Source of the DNA: Gemmatimonadales bacterium | GTDB lineage: Bacteria; Gemmatimonadota; Gemmatimonadetes; Gemmatimonadales; GWC2-71-9 | Direction: 5' to 3' | DNA: 64,000 nt | Assembly (NCBI GenBank): GCA_035279705.1 | Contig: DATEHG010000111.1 | Span: forward strand, 39,101 to 103,100 | Shown: positions 1-9,249 of the stretch, piece by piece | How positions within the stretch are numbered: the first letter of the stretch is position 1 | How the letters are laid out: each line of letters opens with the position of its first letter | Translations under genes and position numbers: made by a program | The notes under the pieces: model-generated | The model's input: only the letters and a program-made list of their open reading frames with translations | Database searches by the model: none | What the model was told of the DNA's origin: nothing

Positions 1-231
1 GAGCGGACGCACCGCGAGAATGCCGTCGGGCGTGCGGCCCAGCATGCGCTTCGCTTCGAGACCGATACCCTTGATGCTGCCCGGCTTGGCCTTGTCGATC
101 GCAACGACCGACGGCTCGTTGAGCACAATTCCTTCGCCCTTGACGTAGACCAGTGTATTGGCCGTGCCAAGATCCACCGCGATTTCATTCGCAGGGAGAA
201 GTGAACCGAGTTTTGGCCAGGAAAATGTCAT
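1..231 (-). CDS. mreB: Rod-shape-determining protein MreB, first 77 codons (gene runs off the left edge)
   Basis: Reverse translation from ATG (231-229) gives [47 protein letters not shown]...[19 protein letters not shown]. The DLGTANT phosphate-1 motif and the LNEPSVVA / MLGRTP blocks are typical of MreB. Absent from the ORF track because it is truncated. Confidence 0.85.
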   Translation of the reverse strand, partial: MTFSWPKLGSLLPANEIAVDLGTANTLVYVKGEGIVLNEPSVVAIDKAKPGSIKGIGLEAKRMLGRTPDGILAVRPL

Positions 232-442
232 TCGACGGCCGGAGTCAGGCGGTGTGGAGCTTAAGCTAACGGCGGCCGTAAGATGAAACAAGCGCGGGGT
301 TTAGCGGGTGGGAGCCGGCCAGGGCCCTGGCGGACCAACGTATCAACCCCGGCGTCAGATAGTACGACACCTTCCGGCCTCTCTGCCCCCCTGCCCCCCG
401 GCTCCTCAGGAAGGCCCGACGCCGCCGACCCGTCCGACCCGC

Positions 443-880
443 CTACCTCCCGGTACTCCCGAACCCGCCTTCGCCCCGATCGGTGTCCGGCAGCACGATC
501 ACCTCCTGCCACTCTACCGCCTCCACCCGGGCAAAGATGAGCTGGGCAATCCGCATTCCCCGGGTGACCTGGAACGGCTCCTGGCCATGGTTGATCAGGG
601 CGATCATGAGCTCGCCCCGGTAGTCGGAGTCGATCGTCGCTGGACTGTTGGGGAGGGTGACGCCGTGCTTGAGGGCCAGTCCGGATCGCGGCCGGACCTG
701 GCATTCCCAGCCGCGGGGAATCGCGAGGGCCAGCCCGGTCCGGAAGATCCGGCGCTCGCCGGGGGCCAGGGTGCCCTCGTCGGCGCTGGTGACGTCATGC
801 CCCGCCGAGCCCGTGGTGGCGGGGGCAGGGATCGGCAACCCCTCCGAGTGGGGCAGCCGCTTGAACTCGATGATCGGCAT
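443..880 (-). CDS. dut: dUTP diphosphatase
   Basis: Internal ATG (aa 53) of ORF 443..1036 gives [30 protein letters not shown]...[10 protein letters not shown]...IDSDYRGEL...GMRIAQL...[11 protein letters not shown], the canonical dUTPase motifs. The upstream part of the ORF is Arg/Gly junk. Confidence 0.9.
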   Translation of the reverse strand: MPIIEFKRLPHSEGLPIPAPATTGSAGHDVTSADEGTLAPGERRIFRTGLALAIPRGWECQVRPRSGLALKHGVTLPNSPATIDSDYRGELMIALINHGQEPFQVTRGMRIAQLIFARVEAVEWQEVIVLPDTDRGEGGFGSTGR

Positions 881-906
881 GGACTTCCGCGGCCGGGATG
901 GGCCGC

Positions 907-2019
907 TCAGAGCACCGAGTCGACCGCGACGAGCGGCAGCCCGAAGGCTTCCGCCACGCCGGGATAGACCACCTTTCCCTCCACCACATTGAGGCCGAGC
1001 TTTAGGGCCACGTCCTCCTTGCAGGCCTTCTTCCACCCGTCCCGGGCCAGCCGAAGGCCGTAAGACAGCGTGGCATTGGTCAGGGCCAGAGTCGAGGTCC
1101 TCGGCACGCCGCCGGGCATGTTGGCCACGGCATAGTGCAGGATCCCGTCCACGAAGTAGGTCGGATTCTCGTGGGTGGTGGGCTTGATGGTTTCGACGCA
1201 GCCACCCTGGTCCACCGCCACGTCCACGATCACCGAGCCGGGCTTCATCAGCTTCAGGTCTTCCCGCTTGACCAGGTGCGGAGCCTTGGCGCCGGGAAGG
1301 AGCACCGCACCGACCACCAGGTCGGCCCGGCGGATGGCGTCCAGGATGTTGTGCCGGTTGGAATAGAGGGTGGTGACATTCGCCGGCAGCACATCGTCCA
1401 GGTACCGGAGCCGGTCGAGCGAGATGTCGAGGATGGTGACCCGGGCACCAAGACCGGCCGCCATCTTGGCCGCATTGATGCCCACGACGCCACCGCCGAT
1501 GATCGCGACTTCGGCCGGAGTCACCCCGGGCACCCCGCCGAGCAGCACGCCGCTGCCGCCGAAGACCTTCTCCAGGTACTTCGCCCCCTCCTGCACAGCC
1601 ATCCGCCCGGCCACCTCGGACATCGGCGTCAGCAGCGGCAGTTCACCGGTCGCGGGCTGGACGGTCTCGTAGGCTACTGCGATGGCTTCCGACTTGATGA
1701 CGGCCCGGGTCAGGTCTTCGGCCGCGGCAAAATGGAAGTAGGTGTAAATCACCTGGCCCTTCCGCATCCGCGGCCATTCGACCGCGATCGGCTCCTTCAC
1801 TTTCATGATCATCTCGGCCTTGGCCCAGACCTCGTCGGGGGTGGCCAGGATTTTGGCCCCGACGGCGGTGTAGGCTTCGTCCGGAAATCCGCTGCCCGCT
1901 CCGGCGTTCTTTTCCACGTACACCGTGTGTCCGCGGGTCACGAACGCTTCGGCACCGGCCGGGACCAGGGCCACCCGATTTTCGTTGGTTTTGATTTCCT
2001 TCGGAACGCCGATGATCAT
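907..2019 (-). CDS. ald: Alanine dehydrogenase
   Basis: 370 aa. [23 protein letters not shown]-terminus and [18 protein letters not shown] Rossmann motif match the AlaDH/PNT family. Confidence 0.9.
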   Translation of the reverse strand: MIIGVPKEIKTNENRVALVPAGAEAFVTRGHTVYVEKNAGAGSGFPDEAYTAVGAKILATPDEVWAKAEMIMKVKEPIAVEWPRMRKGQVIYTYFHFAAAEDLTRAVIKSEAIAVAYETVQPATGELPLLTPMSEVAGRMAVQEGAKYLEKVFGGSGVLLGGVPGVTPAEVAIIGGGVVGINAAKMAAGLGARVTILDISLDRLRYLDDVLPANVTTLYSNRHNILDAIRRADLVVGAVLLPGAKAPHLVKREDLKLMKPGSVIVDVAVDQGGCVETIKPTTHENPTYFVDGILHYAVANMPGGVPRTSTLALTNATLSYGLRLARDGWKKACKEDVALKLGLNVVEGKVVYPGVAEAFGLPLVAVDSVL

Positions 2020-2057
2020 GGGTTGGGTCCTGTGAATGGACTGAGTTTCGGTTGAAG

Positions 2058-2124
2058 GTGAGAGGTAAGAAGTGAGAGGTGAGAGGGCGGTGTTCCCTCT
2101 GACCTCTTACCTCTTACGTCTCAC
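2058..2124 (-). repeat. Imperfect 30-nt-arm inverted repeat; each arm is 4 tandem heptamers (GTGAGAG-like) followed by GGG
   Basis: Left arm 2058-2087 is GTGAGAG GTAAGAA GTGAGAG GTGAGAG GGG. Loop is cggtgtt. The reverse complement of the right arm 2095-2124 is GTGAGAC GTAAGAG GTAAGAG GTCAGAG GGG. 27 of 30 positions pair as RNA (one G-U). In mRNA sense the stem starts at the peptidase stop codon, and no U-tract follows. Confidence 0.85.
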
Positions 2125-3377
2125 GCCTTGGGTCCAAGTCGTACGACGGTCTGCCGCTCCGGCGCGAAGAACTCCGCCGCCACGGCCTGGATTTCCTCGT
2201 GCGTCACCGCGTCGATGTCCGCCAGCAGCTGGTCCAGCGGGCGGTAGCGGTCCTGCATGAGCGTCGTGCCCGCAAGGCGAGTCATCCGGCTCTGCGGACT
2301 CTCCAGCGCCAGCATGACCTGCCCCTTGAACTGCTGCTTGCCCTCGGCCACTTCCTCGGCCGTGAGGCCTTCGCGCGCCAGCCTGCCGTACTCGGTGCGG
2401 ATGGCATCCGCCGCCTTGTCGGCGCTGGCCGGCTGGGTGCCGACGTAGACGCCCGTGGTCCCCGCCGACTGAAACAGTTGCTGGTAGGCGTACACGGCGT
2501 AGGCCAGCCCCAGCTCTTCACGCACCCGCTGGAACAGCCGGCTCGACATCCCGCCACCGAACAGGTTGGTCACGATGGCCAGGGCAAAGCGGCGCGGGTC
2601 GCGATAGGCGAAGGTGTCTGTGCCGAAGACAATGTGCGTCTGGGCCGAGTCCCGCTCCACACGCTGCTCGCCTCCGCGTCTGGCCTGGCCCGGATCGACC
2701 GGGGCCCTCGGCGGCAGGGGCTGCTCACCGGCAAACCATCCCTCGTTGGCCAGCATCTCGAGCAGCCGGTCATGCTCGACCCGCCCCGCCGCGGCCACGA
2801 CGCAATTGCCCGGATAGTAGCCGCTGCCGTGCACCTTGCGCAGATCTCCGGCGCTGACCGCGGTCACCGAATCCCGGGTCCCGAGAATCGAATAGCCGTA
2901 GGGATGGGTGGGAAACAGCTGCTCGGCAAACAACTCGTGCACCAGGTCGTCCGGGGTGTCGTCCACGGTGCTGATCTCCTCGAGCACGACCTTCCGTTCG
3001 AGATCGAGATCGTCGCTCCGGAGCAGCGGCCGGCGGACCAGGTCCGTGAGCACATCCACCGCCTGGGCCACGTCGGAATCGAGGACGTGGGCCTGGTAGG
3101 CCGTATGATCGCGGCTGGTGAACGCGTCGAGCGAGCCCCCGCGCGATTCGAGGGCCAGGGCCACCTGCCGCGCCGTGCGCCGCTCGGTGCCCTTGAAGAC
3201 CATGTGTTCGAGGAGATGGGAGACGCCCATCAGCGGCCGGGCCTCGTGGGCGCTCGCGCTGCGGACCCAGACGCCGACGGCTGCCGAGCGGACGCCCGGC
3301 AGTTCTTCGGACAGCACCGTCAGACCGTTGGGGGCCACGCTGCGCGCGAGCCCCCGGTCGAGACGGATCGTTTCCAC
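2121..3377 (-). CDS. M16-family (pitrilysin/insulinase-like) zinc peptidase
   Basis: 418 aa. Inverted zinc motif HLLEHMVFKGT (HxxEH) near the N-terminus. Lies immediately downstream of pnp, a common arrangement. Confidence 0.85.
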   Translation of the reverse strand: METIRLDRGLARSVAPNGLTVLSEELPGVRSAAVGVWVRSASAHEARPLMGVSHLLEHMVFKGTERRTARQVALALESRGGSLDAFTSRDHTAYQAHVLDSDVAQAVDVLTDLVRRPLLRSDDLDLERKVVLEEISTVDDTPDDLVHELFAEQLFPTHPYGYSILGTRDSVTAVSAGDLRKVHGSGYYPGNCVVAAAGRVEHDRLLEMLANEGWFAGEQPLPPRAPVDPGQARRGGEQRVERDSAQTHIVFGTDTFAYRDPRRFALAIVTNLFGGGMSSRLFQRVREELGLAYAVYAYQQLFQSAGTTGVYVGTQPASADKAADAIRTEYGRLAREGLTAEEVAEGKQQFKGQVMLALESPQSRMTRLAGTTLMQDRYRPLDQLLADIDAVTHEEIQAVAAEFFAPERQTVVRLGPKA

Positions 3378-3382
3378 GGAGG

Positions 3383-5497
3383 CTACTCCTTGGGGATCAG
3401 AGCCTTGCGGGAGAGCTTCATCCGCCCCCGCTCATCCACCTCGAGCAGCTTGACCTTCACGATGTCGCCCTTCTTGACCACGTCCTCGGTCTTTTCGGTG
3501 CGGCCGTGCTGCAGCTCGCTGATGTGCAGCAGCCCCTCGACCCCGGGCATGATCTCGATGAACGCGCCGAACTGGGTGGTGCTCTTCACCGGGCCCTCGT
3601 AGATCTTGCCGACTTCGGGCTCGGCCACCATCGAAAGCACCATGTCCTTGGCCTTCTGGCCCGCCTCGCCACCCACCGCGGCGATGGTGACCATGCCGCT
3701 GTCCTCGATGCTGATCTTGGCGCCGGTGGCGTCCTGGATGCCGCGGATGGTCTTGCCCTTCGGGCCGATCACGTCGCCGATCTTGTCCGGCTTGATCATC
3801 AGGGTGATGATCCGCGGCGCGTAGGCCGAGAGATCCGCCCGGTGCTTGTCGAGCACCTTGGCCATCTCGCCCAGGATGTGGAGCCGTCCCTTGCGGGCGT
3901 TCTCCAGGGCCTCTTCCATGATCTTGAGATCGAGGCCTTCGATCTTGATATCCATCTGGATGGAGGTGATGCCGTTGGTGGTCCCGGCCACCTTGAAATC
4001 CATGTCGCCCAGGTGGTCCTCGGAGCCGAGAATGTCGGTGAGGATCGCGACCTTCTTCCCTTCCTTGATCAGCCCCATCGCCACACCGGCGCAGGGCGCC
4101 CGCATCGGCACGCCGGCATCCATCAGCGCCAGCGAGCCGCCGCAGACGGTGGCCATCGAGGACGAGCCGTTGGACTCGAGGACCTCGGAGACGACCCGCA
4201 CGGTATAGGGGAACTCCTCGTACTTGGGCAGCAGCGGCTGCAGCGCCCGCTCGGCCAGCGCGCCGTGGCCGATCTCGCGGCGGCTGGTGCCGCGGATCAT
4301 CTTGACCTCGCCCGTCGAGTACGGCGGGAAGTTGTAGTGCAGCATGAACGACTTGGTGGTTTCACCACTCACGTCGATGCTGTCGATCCGCTGTTCGTCG
4401 TCCGCCGTTCCCAGCGTCACGGCCACCAGCGCCTGGGTCTGGCCCCGGGTGAACAGCGCCGACCCGTGGGTCCGCGGCAGCACCCCCGCCTCGATGCTGA
4501 TCGGGCGGATCGTGGTCAGGTCACGGCCGTCGACCCGCTCACCCTTGTCCACCACCTGAGCCCGCATCACCCGGTACTCGATGTCCTCCATCAGGGCGCC
4601 GATGTCCTTGCCCTTGTCCGGGAACTCCGCGGCGAGGGTGGCCAGCACCTCGCTCTTCACCTTCTTGAAGTTGCCGATCCGGGCCGCCTTGTCCTTGGCG
4701 TTGATCGCCTGCGCGATCGGCTTCTCGGCCAGCTCCTTGACCCGGGCGGCCAGGCTCTCGTCGATCTCGCTCTTCGTCCATTCCATCACCGGCTTGGCAG
4801 CCGGTTCGGTGACCTTCTGGCAGATCCCGATGAGCTCCTTGATGCCCTTCTGGGCCACCTTGAGCGCCTCGAGCATCTCGGCTTCGCTGACTTCGAGGGC
4901 GCCGCCCTCGACCATCACGATCGAGTCGGTCGAGCCGCTCGCGGTGAGATCGATGGTGGAGAACTCGAGCTGCTGGAAGGTCGGATTGAGGATCCAGTTG
5001 TTCTCGACCCGGCCGACGCGCACCGCGGCCAGCGGCCCGTTCCACGGCAGCCCGGCGACCTTGAGCGCCACCGAGGCCGCCGTCACGCCGAGCACATCGG
5101 CGTCATTCTCCTGGTCGGCCGAAAGCACCGTGACGAAGACCTGGACCTCGTTCTTGAAGCCCTCAGGGAAGAGCGGCCGGATCGACCGGTCGATCACCCG
5201 GCAGGCCAGGATTTCCTTGTCGGAAGGACGGCCTTCGCGCTTGAGGAACCCGCCCGGAATCTTCCCCGCCGCGTACGTCTTTTCGCGATATTCGACGGTG
5301 AGGGGGAAGAAGGGCAGCGAGGAGACGTTGGGGGATACGGTCACGGCGGCGAGCACCGCGGTATCACCGAACTGGAGGTAGGCCGATCCGGCGGCCTGCT
5401 TGGCAAGGCGGCCGGTCTCGATGATCAGTCTGCGGCCGGCGAACTGCGTTTCTGTCCGATGTACGCTCACGTCGTCTTTTCCCGATCTCATTAGCAC
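3383..5497 (-). CDS. pnp: Polyribonucleotide nucleotidyltransferase (PNPase)
   Basis: 704 aa. Two RNase PH domains, a KH region (IKPDKIGDVIGPKGKTIR) and a C-terminal S1 domain (GKIYEGPVKSTTQFGAFIEI...VKLLEVDERGRMKLSRK). The exact start (5497 or a nearby downstream codon) is uncertain. Confidence 0.95.
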   Translation of the reverse strand: MLMRSGKDDVSVHRTETQFAGRRLIIETGRLAKQAAGSAYLQFGDTAVLAAVTVSPNVSSLPFFPLTVEYREKTYAAGKIPGGFLKREGRPSDKEILACRVIDRSIRPLFPEGFKNEVQVFVTVLSADQENDADVLGVTAASVALKVAGLPWNGPLAAVRVGRVENNWILNPTFQQLEFSTIDLTASGSTDSIVMVEGGALEVSEAEMLEALKVAQKGIKELIGICQKVTEPAAKPVMEWTKSEIDESLAARVKELAEKPIAQAINAKDKAARIGNFKKVKSEVLATLAAEFPDKGKDIGALMEDIEYRVMRAQVVDKGERVDGRDLTTIRPISIEAGVLPRTHGSALFTRGQTQALVAVTLGTADDEQRIDSIDVSGETTKSFMLHYNFPPYSTGEVKMIRGTSRREIGHGALAERALQPLLPKYEEFPYTVRVVSEVLESNGSSSMATVCGGSLALMDAGVPMRAPCAGVAMGLIKEGKKVAILTDILGSEDHLGDMDFKVAGTTNGITSIQMDIKIEGLDLKIMEEALENARKGRLHILGEMAKVLDKHRADLSAYAPRIITLMIKPDKIGDVIGPKGKTIRGIQDATGAKISIEDSGMVTIAAVGGEAGQKAKDMVLSMVAEPEVGKIYEGPVKSTTQFGAFIEIMPGVEGLLHISELQHGRTEKTEDVVKKGDIVKVKLLEVDERGRMKLSRKALIPKE

Positions 5498-5499
5498 CC

Positions 5500-5542
5500 G
5501 AAAAACAATCAGGGCGCCTCACCGTGCTGTGTGAGGCGCCCC
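5500..5542 (-). terminator. rpsO-pnp intergenic stem-loop followed by a U-rich tract (terminator/attenuator)
   Basis: The 11-bp stem GGGCGCCTCAC (5512-5522) pairs with GTGAGGCGCCC (5531-5541). In minus sense it is followed by GAUUGUUUUUCGGG. It sits between the rpsO stop (5559) and the pnp start (5497). Confidence 0.6.
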
Positions 5543-5558
5543 GGCCCGCGTGGACTTG

Positions 5559-5819
5559 TTAGTGGCGAAGACCCAACTCGTCGATCAGCTTCCGGTAGGT
5601 GGTCAGGTCGTTGGCCTTGAGATAATTGAGGAGCCGGCGACGGGTGCCCACCATCTTGAGGAGGCCACGCCGGCCATGATGGTCCTTGGCGTGGGTGCGG
5701 AAGTGATCGGTCAGCGAGTTGATCCGTTCGGTGAGGAGCGCCACCTGGACCTGGGAAGAGCCGGTGTCGCCTTCATGGAGCCGGTACTTGGTCGTGACCG
5801 CCTGCTTGTCAAAGCCCAT
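5559..5819 (-). CDS. rpsO: 30S ribosomal protein S15
   Basis: Internal ATG (aa 27) of ORF 5559..5897 gives [67 protein letters not shown], an S15 signature. Confidence 0.93.
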   Translation of the reverse strand: MGFDKQAVTTKYRLHEGDTGSSQVQVALLTERINSLTDHFRTHAKDHHGRRGLLKMVGTRRRLLNYLKANDLTTYRKLIDELGLRH

Positions 5820-5918
5820 GCTGCGTGTATCCTCGTTCGTTCGCGGGCGCTGCGATGAATTCCATTCGTTTTCAGCACGCAAAAGTAACTCCAGCATAAG
5901 GCTTTAGGCAACCCCTGC

Positions 5919-6737
5919 ATGCCCGTTCCATCGCTCCATCCCGGCCAGGTTCTGGCCCAGTTCACCCTGCTCGAACCCATCGGCCAGGGGGGGTACGCCT
6001 GGGTCTGGGCCGCGACGGACCAGTCCGGTAAGTCGTTTGCCCTCAAGATCTTGAAGCCGAAGTTCACCGGTGATCCCGGCTTTCTTGCCCGGTTCAGGCA
6101 GGAGTCGGTCACCGCCCAGGGGTTGCACCACCCCAACATCGTCGACGTGGGCGACGTGGTAGAGCTCCAGGGGCTGGTCTTCTTCTCGATGGAGCGCTAT
6201 CCCTCGAGCGTCGCCGGGGAGCTGGCCTCCGGGATACTGCCGGAAGAGCGGTGGCTGGTCCGGATGGGAGGGGGGGTGTCACGCGGGCTGGCCTATGCCC
6301 ATGCCCGGGGCATCGTGCACCGGGACATCAAGCCGGACAACATCCTGCTGGCGGACGATGGGCGGAGTGTGATCGCCGATTTCGGCCTGGCCCGCGCGGT
6401 CACCGGGTACGTCAACGCCACGGGCAAGGCGCTCACGATCGGCACTCCGCACTACCTCTCGCCGGAGCAGGCCCAGGGACGGCCGCTCGACGGCAGGACG
6501 GATCTCTATTCGCTGGGAATCTCGCTGTACCGCGCGGCAACCGGCCAACTGCCCTTCCGTTCCCGGGACTGGTGGGAGCTGGCCCGCATGCACGTGGAGG
6601 AACCGCCCACCCCGCCCCGCGAACACCGCCCCGATCTTTCCCGCGGCCTGGAGCGGATCATCCTCCGCTGCCTGGCCAAGCATCCCGACGATCGCTTCCG
6701 CTCCGCCGACGAGCTGGCCGGGGAGCTCGGCGCCTAG
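5919..6737 (+). CDS. Hanks-type Ser/Thr protein kinase, catalytic domain only
   Basis: 272 aa. IGQGGYAWV (P-loop-like), ALKILK, HRDIKPDNILL, DFGLA and GTPHYLSPE motifs. No TM or sensor domain. Confidence 0.88.
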   Translation: MPVPSLHPGQVLAQFTLLEPIGQGGYAWVWAATDQSGKSFALKILKPKFTGDPGFLARFRQESVTAQGLHHPNIVDVGDVVELQGLVFFSMERYPSSVAGELASGILPEERWLVRMGGGVSRGLAYAHARGIVHRDIKPDNILLADDGRSVIADFGLARAVTGYVNATGKALTIGTPHYLSPEQAQGRPLDGRTDLYSLGISLYRAATGQLPFRSRDWWELARMHVEEPPTPPREHRPDLSRGLERIILRCLAKHPDDRFRSADELAGELGA

Positions 6738-8131
6738 CCGCCGGCGAGCCGGCCGAGGTAGTCGACGATCCGGCCCCAGTTGCGGGCCAGGTCGTTCCAG
6801 AACGCGAAGAGCATCAGGCTCCCCACCAGGACCAGCCCCAGAATCGTCAGGCGCTCGCGGATCCGGAGGGAAAGCGGGCGGCGGAGCAGCAGCTCCGCGA
6901 GCAGGAACATGAACTGTCCGCCATCGAGAACCGGAATCGGCAGCAGGTTGAGCACGGCGAGGTTGACGGAGACCAGTGCCATGAAGGCCACGAACTCCGA
7001 CAGCCCCAGCCGTGCCTGCTGACCGGCGAGCTGGGCGATCATGATCGGCCCGCCGACCTGGTGGCGGTCGATCTGGCCGCTCAGCATCCCGCGCACCGAC
7101 CGCACGATCTGGGTCGAGGCGTTGAGCGTGGCGCGTCCGCCGGCGGCTATGGCGCCCGCGAACGAGTACGGCTCGGAGCGGCTCACGATCGTGGGGCCGA
7201 TGCCGATCTTCCCCACCTCGCGCGTGACACCGTTGGAGTCCCTGGTGCGCTCCGCCAGCGGGGTCACCGAAACCGTGACACGCCCGCCTGCGCGGCCCAG
7301 CACGAAGCTCAGCGCCTTCCCGCTCGACGGCTGCACTTTGTCGAGCAGCTGAAACCAGTGCTCCAGCGCGGTGCCGTCAATCGAAATGACGGTGTCGCCC
7401 GGCTGCATTCCGGCGCGGTCGGCCGGGGTCGATGGCAGCACCTGGCCGATCACCGGCGAGCGCCATGGCTGCAGCGCCAGCGCCGCCTGCCACCTCGCGT
7501 CGATTGCGGTCGACCCGATCGTCAGCGTGATCTGGCTGGAATCAGCCAGGGTCAGGACGACCCTCGGACCGGCGCTGCCGACGATCCCGTCGATGATATC
7601 CTCCCACGAGTCGACCACCTTCTCATCGACCGAAACAATCCGGCTCCCCGGCTTGAGCCGGGCCAGCTGTTCGGCGCCGGGCGGAAGGCTGTCGGCCACT
7701 ACCCGACCGACCGTCGTGGTGGGATCGATCTGGCTCCCGTTCCGGAAGGCGAGCCCGGTAAAGGCGGCCCAGGCAAACAGCACATTCATGGTCACGCCGG
7801 CCAGGATCACGATCATCCGGACCCACACCGGCTTCGACTCGAATCGCCGCTCGGGCGGCGCGACTTCCTCCGGTTCCGCTCCTTCCAGGGCCGAAGTCGT
7901 GCCGTCCGCCTCCGCGGTCGCCATCTTGACGTAGCCGCCCAGCGGCAGCCACGACACGGAGTATTCGGTTTCGCCCCGCGTCGTGGTCAGCCACGGAATG
8001 GGCGACCCGATCCCGAGCGAGAAGCGGTGCACCATGATCCCCGCGGCCTTGGCGGCCACAAAGTGACCCAGCTCGTGCACGAACACCAGCACGCCGAGGA
8101 CGAGAAGAAAGGCGCCGAGGGTCAGGAGCAT
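6734..8131 (-). CDS. rseP: Site-2 (M50) zinc metalloprotease RseP with PDZ domain(s)
   Basis: ATG at aa 205 of ORF 6734..8743 gives MLLTLGAFLLVLGVLVFVHELGHFVAAKAAG (HExxH), and NLLPIPVLDGG lies near the C-terminus. The upstream ORF extension overlaps dxr in another frame and is rejected. Confidence 0.88.
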   Translation of the reverse strand: MLLTLGAFLLVLGVLVFVHELGHFVAAKAAGIMVHRFSLGIGSPIPWLTTTRGETEYSVSWLPLGGYVKMATAEADGTTSALEGAEPEEVAPPERRFESKPVWVRMIVILAGVTMNVLFAWAAFTGLAFRNGSQIDPTTTVGRVVADSLPPGAEQLARLKPGSRIVSVDEKVVDSWEDIIDGIVGSAGPRVVLTLADSSQITLTIGSTAIDARWQAALALQPWRSPVIGQVLPSTPADRAGMQPGDTVISIDGTALEHWFQLLDKVQPSSGKALSFVLGRAGGRVTVSVTPLAERTRDSNGVTREVGKIGIGPTIVSRSEPYSFAGAIAAGGRATLNASTQIVRSVRGMLSGQIDRHQVGGPIMIAQLAGQQARLGLSEFVAFMALVSVNLAVLNLLPIPVLDGGQFMFLLAELLLRRPLSLRIRERLTILGLVLVGSLMLFAFWNDLARNWGRIVDYLGRLAGG

Positions 8132-9249
8132 GCTTCGAGCGCCTCCAGCGCGGCCGAACGTGCCCAGCTGTCGGCGGCCATCACGGCTCCAAGGTCGCGG
8201 GCGGGGCCCGCCTGGTGGGAGGCAAGGACCCGTTCGATCGTTTCGGCGATGTGACCGAAGCGGATCCGCCCCTCGAGAAAGGCCGCGACCGCCACTTCGT
8301 TGGCGGCGTTGAATACGGCGGGCGTGGTACCGCCGGCGCGCCCGGCCGCGACCCCTGCGCCGAAGGCCCGGAAGACATCGCTGCGCACCGGCTCGAAGGT
8401 GAGCGAGCCGGCCGCCAGGGGATCGAAACGCCGGACACCCTGGTCGGGAATCCGGTTGGGATGGGTGAGGGCGTACAGGATCGGTAACTCCATCGACGGG
8501 AAGCCCAGCTGGGCCAGTGTGCTCCCGTCGCAGAAGATGGCAAAGCCGTGAATGATGCTCTGGGGGTGCACGACCACTTCGAGTGCATCGAACGAAAGAC
8601 CGAACAGGTGGTGGGCCTCGATCAGCTCCAGCGCCTTGTTGGCCAGGGTGGCGCTGTCGACCGTGATCTTGTTCCCCATGCGCCACGTCGGGTGGTTGAG
8701 CGCCTCGGAGACAGTCGCGCCGGCGATCCGCTCCGCCGCCCACTCCCGGAACGGGCCCCCCGACGCCGTCAGGATCAGGCGCGAGAGCCCCTCACCCCGG
8801 CCCGTGACGCACTGCAGCACGGCGCTGTGCTCCGAATCGATCGGCACCAGTTCGCCGCCGCCGGACCGGGCGGCCGCCCGCACCAGCTCACCGGCGATGA
8901 CAAGCGTTTCCTTGTTGGCGAGCGCGACGCGCTTGCCGGCCTTGAGCGCGGCCAGCGTGGCTTCGAGTCCCGCCGCCCCCACCACCGCGTTGACCACGAT
9001 ATCCGCGTCCGGATGGGTGGCGGCCTCGATGAGGCATTCCGGCCCCCGGTGTCCGGCGCGACGCGAGGGTGCGCCATTCACCAGCCCCACATAGTCCGGC
9101 CGCCATTCATCGGCCTGCTGGTCGAGCAGCTCGCCGTTGCTGCCGCCGGTCATGGCGACGAGGCGGAAGTGTTCCCGCTGGCGGCGCAGGACCTCCAGCG
9201 TGCTCCGGCCGATCGAGCCGGTCGATCCCAGCAGCGCAATGCCCCGCAT
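8122..9249 (-). CDS. dxr: 1-deoxy-D-xylulose-5-phosphate reductoisomerase
   Basis: 375 aa. MRGIALLGSTGSIGRSTLEV NADPH-binding N-terminus, plus LANKE and DSEHSA motifs. Confidence 0.93.
   Translation of the reverse strand: MRGIALLGSTGSIGRSTLEVLRRQREHFRLVAMTGGSNGELLDQQADEWRPDYVGLVNGAPSRRAGHRGPECLIEAATHPDADIVVNAVVGAAGLEATLAALKAGKRVALANKETLVIAGELVRAAARSGGGELVPIDSEHSAVLQCVTGRGEGLSRLILTASGGPFREWAAERIAGATVSEALNHPTWRMGNKITVDSATLANKALELIEAHHLFGLSFDALEVVVHPQSIIHGFAIFCDGSTLAQLGFPSMELPILYALTHPNRIPDQGVRRFDPLAAGSLTFEPVRSDVFRAFGAGVAAGRAGGTTPAVFNAANEVAVAAFLEGRIRFGHIAETIERVLASHQAGPARDLGAVMAADSWARSAALEALEACS

Noticed and set aside
232-442. The 211-nt dut-mreB spacer with C-runs (CCCCCCTGCCCCCC) as a possible ncRNA or second G-quadruplex site.
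   Set aside because: It has only two long G/C runs, which is insufficient for a four-tract quadruplex, and I could not recognise a conserved ncRNA fold. It is most simply the mreB promoter/leader.
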